Below, one piece after another: positions 27,598-42,903 of a DNA stretch of 64,000 nucleotides. A program made the translations under genes and the position numbers. Position 1 is the stretch's first letter, and every line of letters begins with the position of its first letter. The stretch is from Octopus vulgaris (taxonomy: Eukaryota). The DNA is taken from NCBI GenBank assembly GCA_951406725.2, contig OX597826.1:63550001-63614000 (forward strand). Direction: 5' to 3'. Below the pieces are notes generated by a model. The model searched no databases. It was not told where the DNA came from and saw only the letters and a program-made list of their open reading frames with translations.

Positions 27598-30500
27598 TAA
27601 ATATGTATGCTTAAACATAGACATTTGTTTTTATTTATATATTTGTGTGTCTGTGTGTGTGGAAAGAGAGAGGAAGGAGGAGAGGCAGGTAAGACATAAA
27701 CATACATGAAACACAAGACATACACAATGTATACGCGTGCACACTTGAGCGAGACATTTACCTCTGCTGCTGAGCATGCTGTTCACAGTTGACTGAACAA
27801 ATTTGACTGATGTGCTGCTATACATTCTACAGCATGACTCCAGTAAGGCAGATAAAAGGTGGGAGTGGGGAAGGATGGAGTGTGGTACCTTAGCAATCCA
27901 AGAACTCTACAGCAACTTGGGAACCTCTGTGGGGTTGCTCAACTTGCTAGAAATAGCAATCGAATCTCATGGAAACATCTTTAGGAAAGGACACGTAGTC
28001 CAGGGTACACAATTGTTAGAACAGGTGATATAGGCACAGGTATGGCTGCATGGTTAAGCAGGTTCCGTCCCATTGCATAACACCTTAGGTAAGTGTTTTC
28101 CACTATAGCCTCAGGCTAACCAATGCCATGTGAATGAATTCAGTTGACAGAATTGGTCTAGAAGCCCATCATGTGTGTGTGTGTGTGTGATCTCCACTGC
28201 CACCACTTGACAACTTGTGTTGGTTTGTTTATATCCCTTTAATTTAGTGAGTCAGCAAAAGAGAACCAGTCTCAGACTTTAAAAAAATAAGTACTAAAGC
28301 CAATCTCTTCACATGGCCTTGCTATTTGCTTTTGAGCCAAATTAACTAACTAACTAACTAACTAACTAAAACCCTTCAAAGCCATGCCCCAGCATGGCCA
28401 CAGTCCAACGACTAAAACAAATAAATAAAAGAATGAATAAATAAATAAATAAACAAATAAATAAAAGAATAGAAGAATAAAAGAAAGGTAATAATCACTT
28501 GGATACCTTTTAATTAGAGGTCATTTCAATCAGGGCTGACCTGGTCATCAACAGCAATCACCCACAGGGAAAAAACTGTAACTCCATATAATTGAGGGAC
28601 GGGAATTTTATAGTTTTGACAGGTTAAAGTTCAAATTTCGCGGTGCCATGAGCTATCAGAGCGTAAAATTTGCCAAAAACAGCAACCCCAAATCATGGGA
28701 ACACTTAGATAAGTTCATTTAATAAAAATCAATACACACACACACACACACACACTTGATAAAACATACTAAATAGTGATGTTGAATCTTGAGATGTTGA
28801 GATTCTAAAACAGGACCCTCTGTCTTATGTCAGCAAGAAGAAGAAAACAGGAATTATGGTGAGCTTAATGATGACTACAAATATACATGCATGCATGCTC
28901 ACAACTGCATATACACACAGGTACATACAGTCTTACATTGATTTCCTGCAAATTCAAAAATACATAACATATTGCTGCAGCATGCACTATTACAGCTAGA
29001 TGCTGTTCCTGCTGTTTAATCATTCAACTGTTCAATCATTCAACTACACACCAAGAAAGCTTGCTTGTTTCGTAACTAGACAAAAATAAAGCAGGTGGAA
29101 TAGCTTCTCTTGCTTTGAACAATATACTATTGCATTCACCAATCCAACATCTTAATTTCATAGTTATTACAGTTCACTCCCCATTCTATATCAAGAGACT
29201 AGATATGTAGGTGTGAAAGTACATGACCTAGTGGTTAGTGTGAGGGTTAAGTGTTGCGATACCACTTTTGCTTGGTGTAAAGGCTCCAGTTATCAGTGCA
29301 GTAAAACAGGTTGCAACTCTGGTGTGCATTATTAGCTTGTTGTTCTCCCAGATTCACTTTGTTAGCCTGGTGTGGTTCAAAGCTGTTCTTCTGTTAATCT
29401 GAGACTTTATAGAGAGACTAACTCTGATAGTGGAGCCAAGGTAAGTAAACTCACAGGCTACCTTAACCTAACAATTATTGATCATAACATTAGGATGTAG
29501 AAGGGCTGGCATGGTACTGCCAACGATGGGGAGCGTTGGTGGATCTAGTCAGCTCTATGCACAATGACACCTCTGGTTCTACTAACCTGGGATGACCTCA
29601 ACCCCATCAAGCAAGAGCATGAAGCAAGCAAGAAACAACATGAGGAAGTTGCTTAATATTTTGAATCAACATTTTAGTCTTCTTCAGACTGTTAATCAAG
29701 TTGAAGTCTTGGCAGACTGTTGAGAAGCAGTCCATAGGCATTGCAGCTGCCTTTAGAATATGTTACTGGTGTTGTGCTGTCTGAAAACAAGATGTCCCTG
29801 ACAAGTACTTCATGTACTTTAGATTCGTCTCTCAGCTAGGAGCAACTAAGCAGCTTCTTGTCCAATCTGGTGCAAAGCCAAGTCCAATCAGTCAATGTTC
29901 CAAAGATATGCTTCGGCATGACAGCAAAGATGATGTTGAACAAGGAAAAGGCTAGCACACAGCTGTCCTGTTTTAAACCATTATGGATCCTATATCCCTG
30001 CAAAAATAAATATCACATAATCTCATTCTGACTATTTTATAAAATTTGATATGTGAGTGTAAGAAATCAAACATAGTATAGGCTTGACATAGCTTCTTGA
30101 CAAATGCTTGACTTGCTCAATGTAGTAGCTAATCTCCCTCAATAAACTATCTAATGGTTAATGAAACATTATTTGTTTATTATGTGGATGTAAACCTAAT
30201 TAGTTTAGTAAACATTGTTTACAATTAAAAACCAAATTACAATGAGACTGTTTCAGAAACCATGCTGATATAATGCTTGGCATGATTAACACTCTTTGAA
30301 CTAATTATCAACCCAAGATGACTGCTTCCACCACCACCACCACCACAACTACCACTACCAATAACAACAATACTATAAGGTACTAAAGAGGCGCGAGTTG
30401 ATGAGTCCCTTTAATAAATTACATGTTGAATGTGAATAGGTGCAAGTATGGGTAAGTGGTTATGAAGTTCAATTTGCAACCACATAGCTTCAGGTTCAGT

Positions 30501-31692
30501 CCCTTGTGTAGCACTTCAAGGAAGTGTCTTCTACTATAACCCCATGCCAACTGTCTTGTGGATGAATGTGTGTGTGTGTGAGTGTGCATGCATGCAGAGT
30601 GTATGTGAGAGTGCATGCATGCAGAGTGTGTGTGAGTGTGCATGCATGCAGAGTGTGTGTGAGTGTGCATGCATGCAGAGTGTGTGTGAGTGTGCATGCA
30701 TGCAGAAGAAAGTGCATGAATTGATATTCCACAGTTTTGATTGTCACTGTCTGAGTGTAAAGAGCAATATGATATTTCCATTCCTTGTCACTGTTTAAAC
30801 CAGTCACTCCATGCTTTCAAAGAACTATGGAATAACAAAATAATCCCTGGCTTGAAATAGAGATATAGGTTAGAGACAGGAGGAGCATCCAGCAACAAAA
30901 CCCTGCCTCAAACAAATCTTTACCCAACCCATATTAACTTGGAAAAACATATTAGATAAATGATGAATGACTGAAACTAATATAGAAACAGAAAATAATG
31001 AGGAACTGTCAACAAAGTGTAAACAGTTTAATCTTTAATGAAGCAAGTTTTTTTTTGGGGTTTTACAATAACAGGACATTTTGTTCTATTTAAAATTTGA
31101 TTTATTATGTTACATAATGAGAATTCTAGTTTGTGGAGCAGTGAACTTCAATTTGATTTTAATGTTATTCAATAAATAATACCTGTATAGGCAATCATTA
31201 ATCACAGGTGACAACCATATGGACCAACCAACAAACTAAAACATGAATCTTCATGATAAATATCTGACGTGTTTTGGGGAAAACAAATGATAAATGGATT
31301 TTAGAAACAGTAATACCTATGTTCTAGAAATAGTGATACTTTTATTTAACAAAAAAATAAAAATACAGTAATAGGTATATTTTAGAAATGTCATAGAAAC
31401 ATATATGGTGGGGTTGGAGGAGGGGAATGACACCAGCTTCGCAGTATTTACAAATAAAAAAATATAATAAAAGCTAGCAACATACATAATGCCTGTGGCT
31501 TAACAGCCACCATAAGAACTGACAAGAAAAAAAAAACATGTAGGCACAAGCATGATGGCGTGGTTAAGAAGCTTGTTTTGCATTCACATGGCTACAAGTT
31601 CAGTCTCACAGTATGACATTATGGGCAAGTATCTTCTACTTTAGTTACAGGCTGACAAATGCCTTATGAGTGAACTTGGTAGGTGTGCAAGC

Positions 31693-31724
<32 letters not shown>

Positions 31725-34700
31725 CATCACCATCATCACCGGCACAAGAGCCAGTCAGGCAGTTTTGGCAATGACCATGCTCATGTTCAAAAGGTGTTTT
31801 TACATGCTACCTGCACAGGAGCCAGTCCAGCGGCACTGGCCATGACCACGCTTGAATGTTATTTTTCACATGCACCGGCACATGGGTGTTTTTTACATGT
31901 CACCAGCACTGGCCACAGCTATGAATTCACTTAGCATGACATGCTTTCTCAAGCATAGCAATTAGCCAAAAGTCTTGGTTACTTGTTATTGTCTCCATGA
32001 CACTCAACAACTGAAAATCATATTTTGTGCAGTGCATTCTATGTCTTCCTGAGTCCACCTCTTCCACAGGCTCCCTCCACAAGTAGAGATCAGCACTTCT
32101 TTATGCAGATGTCCTCATCCATATGCAGAGCGTGACCATGCTAGCTCAGTCTTCTCTCTTGCACACTGCATCTGATGCCTCAAAGTCACTAATAACTATT
32201 CAGCTCTACAGCTTAACAAACATGCAGTTGCAGGTTCAATCCTACTGTGCAGCACCTTGAGCAAGTGTCTTCTATTATAGCTGTGGGCCAACCAAAGTCT
32301 TGCAAGTGAATTCCACAGACAAAAAACTGAAAGAAGCTAGTGGCATCCATGCATGCATGCATGTGTGTTTGTATCCCTTTGTCTTGACATTGTGCACTGA
32401 TTGTAAACAAAGTCATCATTTACCCCAAAATGATGGTGCTCCTTTGTAATTTCCTGAGAAAGCATGTCTGATCATTGATCTGTTCATGATTGAACGATTG
32501 GGGGGAACTATTACAGTGATTGGAAACGAGTGAGAGTCGGCGATAAGAAGATCACCTGGCTGTAGAAAAGTTACCTCAATGAATTTCATCAGACTCATGC
32601 AAGCATGGAAAAATGATCATTAAAATGATGATAACAATGATGATGATGATGACAACAACATCAAAGATGGTGAGGATGTCAAAGAGAATGATAAAAAGAA
32701 ACAACAATGATGATGACAATGATGATGGTGTTGATGATGATGATGATGATGGCAGCCGCTTCTATAAATTTCCTGTGATAATCAATTAATGGATGAGAGA
32801 GATAAGTGCGAAGCTACGAATCAAAGAGTGAATCTGTCTTCTATACTGCCACCATAACCTGACATTTTGACAGATCTACACTGACAACAACTATACACGG
32901 GATACATTAGTTAATAGGATAACTTTTAGAAACACAAGCCAGACTTTACAATCTCTCTAGATTGGATGAACACAGAAATGGTTAAAAATCTCCGAGTTTA
33001 CAGAGCAAATTAATTAACTCATTATTTCATTTAATTTGATCTCATCAGATATTTACCACCATCATCATCATCATCATCACTGTCATTGTTTGAATGTCCA
33101 TTTTCATGCTTGCATGGGTCAGAACAGCATTTCATTGAGATGGATTTTCTAGAGCTGAATGCCTTCCCTACCACCAACCCTCATCCATTTCCCAGTAAAT
33201 TAATCTTTATCCATAATCAGATATGAGATTGGGAATGAAGGACAGTGTTTGCATAACAGAGACATTCAGTTACTACGATCACACAGTGTCAAGGCAAGGA
33301 GACAGTAACACAGAATTTTTGTTGGAGGTAATAATGGCTTCTTTTATTGGTCAGAAGGTGACCAATGGTGTTAGAGACAATATAAGGATGAAACAGAGAT
33401 ACAAAATGATTGAGGGTTTACACTGAGTAAGAAGGAATTGACAAAAACATCTGATTTAACAATAAAATGTCATCATATTTTCCAATAGTGAGGAGAGAGA
33501 AATAGTAGGATATTTTTCAGAAAACTTCTCAAGAGCCTTGGATTATTCTACCGCATCAAAGACCTCAAAGGTGCTCTCTATGTGTTTCTTTCCTCCTGCT
33601 TAGAAAAACTTAGTGGAGCTTGTTAGAATTTGAACCCAGAAATGTTGTTAAGAATTTTGCCTGGCATACTAACAATTCTGCCAACATACCTCCTTAGGAG
33701 GAGGAGGTGATGGTAGCGGCAGCGGCGGCGGTATGTAAAATCATCATGCTGCACACCTATGGTTGTGATGCATATGCCTGGTGTACCCTTATCAGACAGG
33801 TAGTAATGATGGGTGTATTGGGCTTTGTATATCTGTACCACAGGTTCACATTGATGGCATGCACTGCTCTCTCAGTTGATAATAATAATAATGATGATGA
33901 TGATTATGGAAATGATGGTTTCAGGTTCTGGCACAAAACTAGCAAGTTCAGGGGAGGAGGTAAGTCGATTACATAGACCCCAGTATTCAACTGGTACTTA
34001 TTTTATTGACCTCCAAAACGATGATAGGCAAAGTCAACCTCAGCAGATTGTGAATTCAGAATGTAAAGACAGACGAAATGTGCTAAGTGACCTAATAATG
34101 CAATGTCTTTTGTTTGCTATTCCTACAACTCAATAACAATAAGAATAGAAATATGAAATATGTGAAAGAAGATGATGATTGGAAAAAGATGCAAATATTA
34201 TATATCAAAACAATAAAAAAAATAGTAATAAATTAAGAATGAAAGAGACAGAGAAGACAACAGAGACAGGGAATGAAGGAGGAGAAGACAAGATAAGTAA
34301 AGAAAAAGGGAAAAAAAAAACAATTTAAGGAGAATAACAAAGGATAGTAAAAAAAAAAAGAAATGGTATAAGAAAATGAATGGAAAGGAGAAAAATGAAA
34401 GAAAAAAGGAAAAGGAGTTGGAGAGAGAGGGGGGAAAGAGGAGACAGAGACAGAGATAAAGAGAGAGAAAGTGAAAGTGGGCAGGAAACCAGAGGAGCAA
34501 CAATCATGTATCTTAGAAAACAACTCATTAAAACAAGGAATTTGAAGTTCTTCCAATTCGTAGAATTTTTGCCTGAAAACTAGGCAACTCATAAATGATT
34601 TTATTGGTGTCTACCTTTTTTTTGTCTTTTTATCATTATTTTTGATAGATTATAAACATCTATCAGAATGGCAACTTTATTGAGGTGGGGAAAAGATTTC

Positions 34701-36823
34701 AAAAGAGAGAAAAGAGAAAGGAGTTCTTTGTAAAGAACTTTTACTAATTTTCCCATTGTAATCATTATCTTATGTAGAGACAAAAGTGTAAACAGCTAAA
34801 TAGGGGAACAACAAGCAAGCACCATAAAAGGGGAGCCTTTATATGGTGTCTCATTCTGTAAGAAATAGCCAAATCAAGGTGGCGAGCTGGCATACTTGTT
34901 AGCACACCTGGCGAAATGCGTAGCCATATTTCGTCTGCCGTTACATTCTGAGTTCAAATTCCGCCAAGGTCGACTTTACCTTTCATCCTTTTGGGGTCGA
35001 TAAATTAAGTACCAGTTATGCACTGGGGTCAATGTAATCAACTTAATCCCTTTGTCTGTCCTTGTATGTCCCCTCTATGTTTAGCCCCTTGCGGGCAATA
35101 AAGAAATAAGAAATAGCCAAATCACACCTTGTCATAAGCCAAGAAGGAAGCCTTGGTGGTTCCTTGTCCTGTTAGAAATAGCAACCAAATCCCTCTCCAA
35201 GCACATTCTATTGTCATAAATAAATAAATAAAAAAGGAAGAAAATGCCACATAATATAGCCCTAGATGTACACCATAATAAAGATGAGATGGTCATGGAT
35301 AGAATTCCTTTCATCTATCATAAGTCTCCTTTACCCCTGAACTACCTGCAGCTAAACCACAATGACAAAAGATTGAGGGTGCATAACCTGTTAATATTAC
35401 AAATATTCTCTTCATGTTTCCAGGTTGAACATATTTGACTTCTAATGTTCAATTCCCCAGTTTCTATTTCAGTAAGACATCTAAAGTTGGAGTGGGACAA
35501 TGCAGTTTACAACTCTAAGCACTGTCAGCTCTGTGAAATGCAAAGCAAACCAACATTTATGCGGCTGCTCAACCTGCTTGAATTATAGTATCTAATCTCC
35601 TGCAATCTGTTCTTTATTGTCTTGAAACATTGGAGTGGAGTGATCAACATCACACAACACATGTGCAAGAATTCATGCACAGGTGTGGCTGTGTGGTAAG
35701 TTGCTTGCTTACCAACTACATGGTTCCGGGTTCAGTCCCACAGCGTGGCAGCTTGGGCAAGTGTCTTCTGCTATAGCTTCGGGCCGACCAAAGCCTTGTG
35801 AGTGGATTTGGTAGACAGAAACTGAAAGAAGCCTGTCGTATATGTATATATATATATATACATATACGACAGGCTTATATATGTGTGTGTGTGTGTGTTT
35901 GTCCTCCCAACATCACTTGACAACCGATGCTGTTGTGTTTACGTCCCCGTAACTTAGCGGTTTGGCAAAAGAGACCGATAGAATAAGTACTAGGCTTACA
36001 AAGAATAAGTCCCGGGGTCGATTTGCTCGACTAAAGGTGGTGCTCCAGCATGGCCGCAGTCAAAATGACTGAAACAAGTAAAAGAGTAAAGAGAGAGAGA
36101 ATAGTAATGGGAACCTTAATTAATTATATTTCTGTTATTTAAATATTGAAAAGTCTATGGGTACTGTTACCGCCTCTTTAGACAAAACGATCTTTTAAAA
36201 AATTGTCAGAAAAAAATTACCAAAATGTAGTGTGTGTGTGTGTGTGTGTGTTGTTCTGTTCCAAATATTGGTAGGATAAAAAACAAAAAAAAGACAATAG
36301 AAACTACTCCCTCCTGTAAGAGATAAATATCATTTATTATACAAAGGATTTAAATTCAAGCTACCATAAGTTTCATGCTTTTGAAATACAATTGTCTGAC
36401 CATTGTATTTTAGCATGTTGTGTATTTCCAAGCAGTCCAAGCATTGTAGTATGTTGTGTATTTCCAAGCAGTCATTCAGACTACACACACACACACATAT
36501 ATATGAGTAAGTGGAATGATGAAAGAAAGTGGCACTCAACATATCTAGTAGGAGATACATATACTTTTAAATAAGTTTGACTCCATCTCATATGACTTAG
36601 AGCTTCATGAGCATGCAAAGCTGAACTATTTCATTACATATTAGGAGAAGAGAATGCTCTCTTTCTCTCTCTCTCTCTCTCTTTCCCTCTCACACATGCA
36701 TACTTATTTTTTAAGATGATAAAGTGCAATTTTTAAGCATTTGTCTACTATTTCAAGTATGTTGAATGACCACATAAGTACACTTACAGGGATTTCAGAG
36801 GCTGGTGGTTTTCAGCTACCCCA

Positions 36824-36881
<58 letters not shown>

Positions 36882-39800
36882 CAATCGGGAAAAGATGATG
36901 ATCTACAGCCTCAGATGTATGACTATTTGTAAAGAAATACCAGTCAGCTTTAAAGACAAGATCCACTTCTATCTAAATTGTCAACTGACCAATCATATTG
37001 AAATTATCTCTCTTGGTTATTGTTTTTTTAGATTTTATGCTTCCACTGAGAGAGTTCTTATTTTATACACCTGTAAAATGAATTTTAATCTCAATTAATC
37101 AAGGTTTTTCAATTCACTATATCACATATGAGTAAAGTCTTGTACTATCACAATTATAGGTTTTTAATTTTCTTTTTTTGAAACTTATTTTTGGCATTGT
37201 TTTGCTTCAGTGCATTCTTCTTTGCCTTTAGTCAATATGGATGTTTTGTTGTATATTTATCCCTAGGTAGGTTAACACTGGCAGAATATGCTTATGATCA
37301 AAAGTTGTTTCTTATTTATCCCAGAGTTTAACACTGAATGAGCAGGCGTAAAATCAAAAGATGTTCCAGCCATGCCCATCACATTTTTCTTACTTAAGCA
37401 TAATGTACGTAGGACTATATTATCCTATATGTCATCCTTTTTTTAAAAGATAGTAAAGTGGGATTTGGCAGTGAAAGGGAGAGAGAGAAAGATAGAGACC
37501 TGACCGATATTTCTAGCAGGGAAGTTGACCATATAATCATCATCATCGTTTAACGTCCGCTTTCCATGCTAGCATGGGTTGGTCGATTTGACTGAGGTCT
37601 GGTGAACCAGATGGCAGTGCCAGGCTCCAATCTTGATCTTGCAGAGCTTCTACAGCTGGATGCCCTTGCTAACGCCAACCACTCCGAGAGTGTAGTGGGC
37701 GCTTTGACATGCCAATGGCACGAGGGCCAGTCAGGTGGTACTGGCAACGGCCATGCCCAAATGGTGTTTTTTATTTTTTTATTAACTTTTATTAACTTTT
37801 CAATAGTGATGTTTTAGTAGTCAAAAAAAAAAAAAAATAGAGAAAAAAGCATTTGTGTACATGTGAGTGTATTAAAAGAATTAGCAATGTATGAGTTATC
37901 TGTAAACATGCACATGTGTCTTAATGAGTATCACAGTAGTGATATTTGCTGTACCAATGATGATTTACCCTAAGTGGACCAAACAAATGGTTAACTTTTG
38001 GCCTTACCTTTGGTCGGGTGTCAACCACATACATAAATGAGGACTCTGGGTTCGCTCTCAAAATGGCATTGAGCATCTGTTCATCTTCCACGCACCGAGC
38101 ACTGAATCCAGCAAGTGGTTGACTGCATCGGCAGATAGCAGCCTAACAAAGAAAGAAGATAGATTGATTTTTTTTAACTCAGCAAGAAATAGAAAATGAT
38201 CGTCATATGTAATAGTAATTTTAGGAAAACAGAAACAAAAACAAAAAATAGGAAGAAAAGAAAATGCTTTTCAATCCATCTTTTTAACCCTTTAGCAATT
38301 AAACTGGGTTTATTCCATCCAAATATTCAAATGACCTGCACTGGCCTATCACATCAACCATACAATGTCATTCTAAAATTAATCACTCACACCATCGATA
38401 TCTTGAACATACAAGACAATGCATAAATGAATAAATACATAAATAAGCATTACATTTAACAGGATAATCTGAATGCTAAAGAGTGAAACACATTCACAAT
38501 AAAATATAGTTAAAAATGGTAAACAGGAATGAGTGTATTACTGCAAAACAATAATCAGTTAAAATAATTGGCAGTGTACCTCTATTTCTCTCTGTTTGTT
38601 CATTCTCAGAAAGGGAGATAACCTCGATTGTACAGGATGTAACTTCCTTGGTTTTTATATAGCAACTAGAGTGTTACTTGTCAACATAGCAGGCTAATGT
38701 TAGGAATATACTTTTGCCACAGAGAATATTATTGGTATTGATAACATAAGTTATCCATCATGTAATATAAAGCACTCTAGCTGAAAGATAATTATCAAAA
38801 CACAGAGCCTGTCCTAATCAGTCTATACTCATTATTAACCTGAGCCAGTTTCGATGAGGTTATCAATCATGAGTAGACATTGCTTGTTCCACTACATTAA
38901 ATATATTGGTTTCAAATTTTGGCACAAGGCCACCAATTTTGGGGGAGTTGATTACGTCTACCCCAACCCTCTCTCCTCCTCTTCATCGTCGTTATCATTT
39001 AACATCCATTTTTTTTCATGCTGGCATGGGTTGGACAGTTTGACCAGAGCTGGCAAGCTGGACAAGGTTCCAGTCTGATTTGGCTTGGTTTCTATGGCTA
39101 AATGCACTTCCTAACACCAACCACTTTACAGAGTATACTGGATGCTTTCTACGTGGCACTGACATAGATACTTTTTACAGGGCACCGGCACAGGTGTAGT
39201 CACATGATGGGATCCTGAACAGTTTCTTTTCACCAAATTCTACTCCCAAGATATTGATCAGCCTGGGATTATAACAAAAAACACTTCTTCAAGGTACAGT
39301 GTAGTGGGATTAAACTAAAAACCGTATTGTTGTGAAGCAAACTTTCTTAACTACACCACCACACCTGAGCTTGTTTGGTGAGGTTACTGCTTAACAGTCA
39401 CTAATGAATTAAAATTTCTTAGCTCATTACATTAAACCAGTTCAAAAATCTTCTGGCCATGTTCATCTCCCTTTATATTCTTTTTGTATACTTAAGACTA
39501 TTTTATTTAATGTTTTAATGTGCCCTTCTTTTTGTCTTTAAGACAACAGGATATGATTTGAAGGCGATTTGGTTGCTATTATTAGCAGATTGACCAACCA
39601 TGTGGCTTCAGGTTCAATCCTTTGGCAAGTGTCTTCTATTATAGCCCTGGTCTAACCAATGCCTTGTGAGTGAATTTCATTGATGGAAACCGAGTGAAAC
39701 CCTATTACACACACACACACACACACACACGCATGCACACATGTATGTCTGTGTTGTGTTTGTCCTCATGACCCAAAACTTAACAGCCAGAGTTGGTTTG

Positions 39801-42800
39801 TTTACATCTGTGCAACTTAATGGTTCAGTAAAAAAGATAAATAAAATAACTACCAGACTTAAAAGCTAAATACTAGGGTCAGTTTGACTAAATCCTTCAA
39901 GATGGGGTCCCAGCATGGTTGCAGTTCACTGACTGAAACAAGGGAAAGGTGGATCAAGATTTGAACTCATCTGGTTGATGATGAGTAAAATGCCTTAAAA
40001 AAAAACCTGAAACTTTGTTTTATTTTAACTGTTGCCTGATGCCCCAATGTCCGAGAGGGAAAAAGGAGATGGTTGGATGAAACCCCATCACTTGAGACAG
40101 CCACCCTGTTTTATTCTTTTAAAATAGGTTCCTTATTTTTTTATCTTTTACTAGGTTCAGTCATAGGACGGTGGCCAAGCTGGAGCCCCACTTTCAAAGG
40201 TTTTAGAGAAACAAATTGACTTCAGTACTTCAATTGGTGCTTGGGAAAACAAATGCATACATATGCACACATGGTGGGACTCCTCTGTCAAAGATGATGT
40301 ATGAGCATTCAGCTTTGCCAATCAGCCTGCACAAATGATTTATTTATAGTGATCAAATGTTCGTGCTGCACATTAGCTCACTCTCTCCATCAAATCAGCA
40401 TTTTCTAAGCAGGTGCACTGTGTACCATGCATCAGGTGTTGAAGTGGCCACAGAGTAATGCAAGATGAAGCGTTTTGCTCAAGAACACAATGCACCACCC
40501 AGTCTAAGAATTGAAATCATGATCTAGCGATTGTGAGTACAACACCCTAACCACTAGGTTTTAAATACACACACACACACACACAATGGGACTCTGCTCA
40601 GTTTTCATCAACAAAATTCACTCACAAAGCATTGGTTGGCTCAGGGCTATAGAAGAAGGCACTTACTGAAAGTGCCACACAGTAGAACTGAACCCCAAAT
40701 CACATGGTTGCAAAACAAGCAGCTTAACCACACAGCCATATCTGCATCTACTTTTTTTGTCATTTTTTTTTTGTCTTTGTTGGCAAAAGCTAACTAGATT
40801 TCAATTGATTTCTATTACTGGACAGTAGACCTCACCAATCAATTAGACAATGGCAGAACTTGGCATCACCTCAGTGAATTAAAGAACCATCAAGATACTG
40901 ATATTAGGTAAGATTACATCCATAAATACATTTGCATTATATATATAAATCATTGTAAAAGTTTTGATTTCAGGAATTAATAGAGAACTAGGTTGGCCAA
41001 ACAAATATAGTGCTTTTTGTTTACCAGAGTTGTAATGCTGTAAGTCTCAATCAGATGAGAATTAAACAAGACAGATTATTTAGAACTAGCTCATAAGACT
41101 TAAAGCTGACCAGAGTTTCTCTGGTCCTTGCAAAAATGATTAAAATATTATTAGTAATTGAAGCTGATGTTGTCTTCCGCCCACAGCATAATTGTTTAAT
41201 TAGCTTTTTGCTGTTTGTAACATTAGATATGTTTGAGGTAATTTAACTGAAGTGACTACAGAGCAGACTAGAAGAAGATTAAATAATCTATACTGTTGCT
41301 CATATGAAGCATAAAACAAAAGTTTTCATTCAATTAATCAGATACTGCATTGAGGGATGGTTTATGCAACTGCTTTATGCATTGGTGGATATTGAGAGAT
41401 TAAACTGGCTATGGGCACAGGGGTGGCTGTGCGGTTAAGAAAATTGCTTTCCAAACACTTGGTTCCGAGTTCAGTCCTACTGTGTGGTACCTTGAGCAAG
41501 TGTCTTCTACTATAGCTCAGGGTCAACAAAACCTTGTGAGTGGATTTGGTAAACAGAAACTGAAAGAAGCCTTTCATATATACATAGTAAAAATAATTAT
41601 AATAATAATGATCCATGAATGGAATTTATAAATATTTTAATGTATTGCTACATGCATTTCCACACATCAGTTATACATCCACTGTTTCCAACATTAATGT
41701 TATATCGTGCGAAGAAATGAACAGATGAGCTATGAGCCACCCAATGTCGATGGATACTATGGACAGTATGGTAATCATCTCAGAAACACAGACTGTGATC
41801 TTAAGAAACATGTGATTTGTGGAAATGTGCATAGTAATACATTAAAATATTTATAAATTCCAACTATATTTATCCTACATTATATCGACCACAGCTTGGT
41901 GCAACCTCAAAAAAAAAAAAAACAGTTATTGCCAGTTGGTATCATTAGTCTGTAGCTGGCAAAATAAAACAGAAGCTTTTATATGCATATTCAAAATGTT
42001 TCCCATAAACGAACTGAAAGAGTGTCTGTGTGTGTGTGTTACTGTTTCCTTGTTTTGACATCATGTAATTGTTATAAATAAGCATCACTGCCATACAGGT
42101 GATGTTCTTCATTATGAATCTGCAGTGGAAACATGTCTGACCATGGGGAAATATTACCTTGCTTGGAAACAGGGAAGGGTTGGTGAAAGGAAAGGCATCT
42201 GACCATAGAAAATCTGCCTCAACAAATTCTGTCTGACCCATGTGGGCATGGAAAAAAAGTCATGATGATGATGGTGGTGGTGATTACCATTTGGATTTTC
42301 TCAAAGTAGATATCTCTAAGAAATCTCACAGTTTCCAAGAACGATTTCATTAGACTTATAGAATTAGTTATGATGGTGATGGATGATTTAGTTGGATTTC
42401 TGTTAATCTTACATTTCTGAAACACACAAAACAAAAAGGGCAAAGGTAGAATCTTGGCTGCTTAAAAGATCTTAACCCAGTTTCTTAGATCAAAAGCTTC
42501 TAACGTCAAGAGATTAATAATGAAGTCATCATCACAACATCATCATCATTAAACAGCCACTTTTCCATGCTTGCAATGGTCAGACAGAACTTATTGAGGC
42601 AGATTTTCTACAACTAAATGCCTTTCCTGTTACCAACCCTTACCAGTTTCCAAGTAAAAATAATATTTCCCCATATCCAGACATGCTTATTCTGGAAGGC
42701 TGGAAATGAATAACCTTGCTTGCATAACAGCAATGGTTAGGCAAAGATACACACATACATTTTCCCCATAGCCAAACACATTTTTCATAGAAGACTGGAA

Positions 42801-42864
42801 ATGATTAACACTGCTTGCATGATGATGATAATGGCTTCTTACATTATGTGATGTCAAGACAAGG

Positions 42865-42903
<39 letters not shown>

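Noticed and set aside
27755-27830. Short hairpin (tgttca...tgaaca) plus a donor-like GAG|gtaaat, as a possible miRNA or cryptic exon
   Set aside because: The stem is too short for a pre-miRNA and there is no good upstream acceptor
14954-38007. Nested protein-coding gene in the 23-kb intron
   Set aside because: I found no ORF or exon chain with recognisable non-transposon protein features by eye; small exons or ncRNAs cannot be excluded
38835-38880. Second hammerhead-like string (CUCAUGA...GAAAC) on the minus strand
   Set aside because: The core box is mutated and stems I and II are unconvincing
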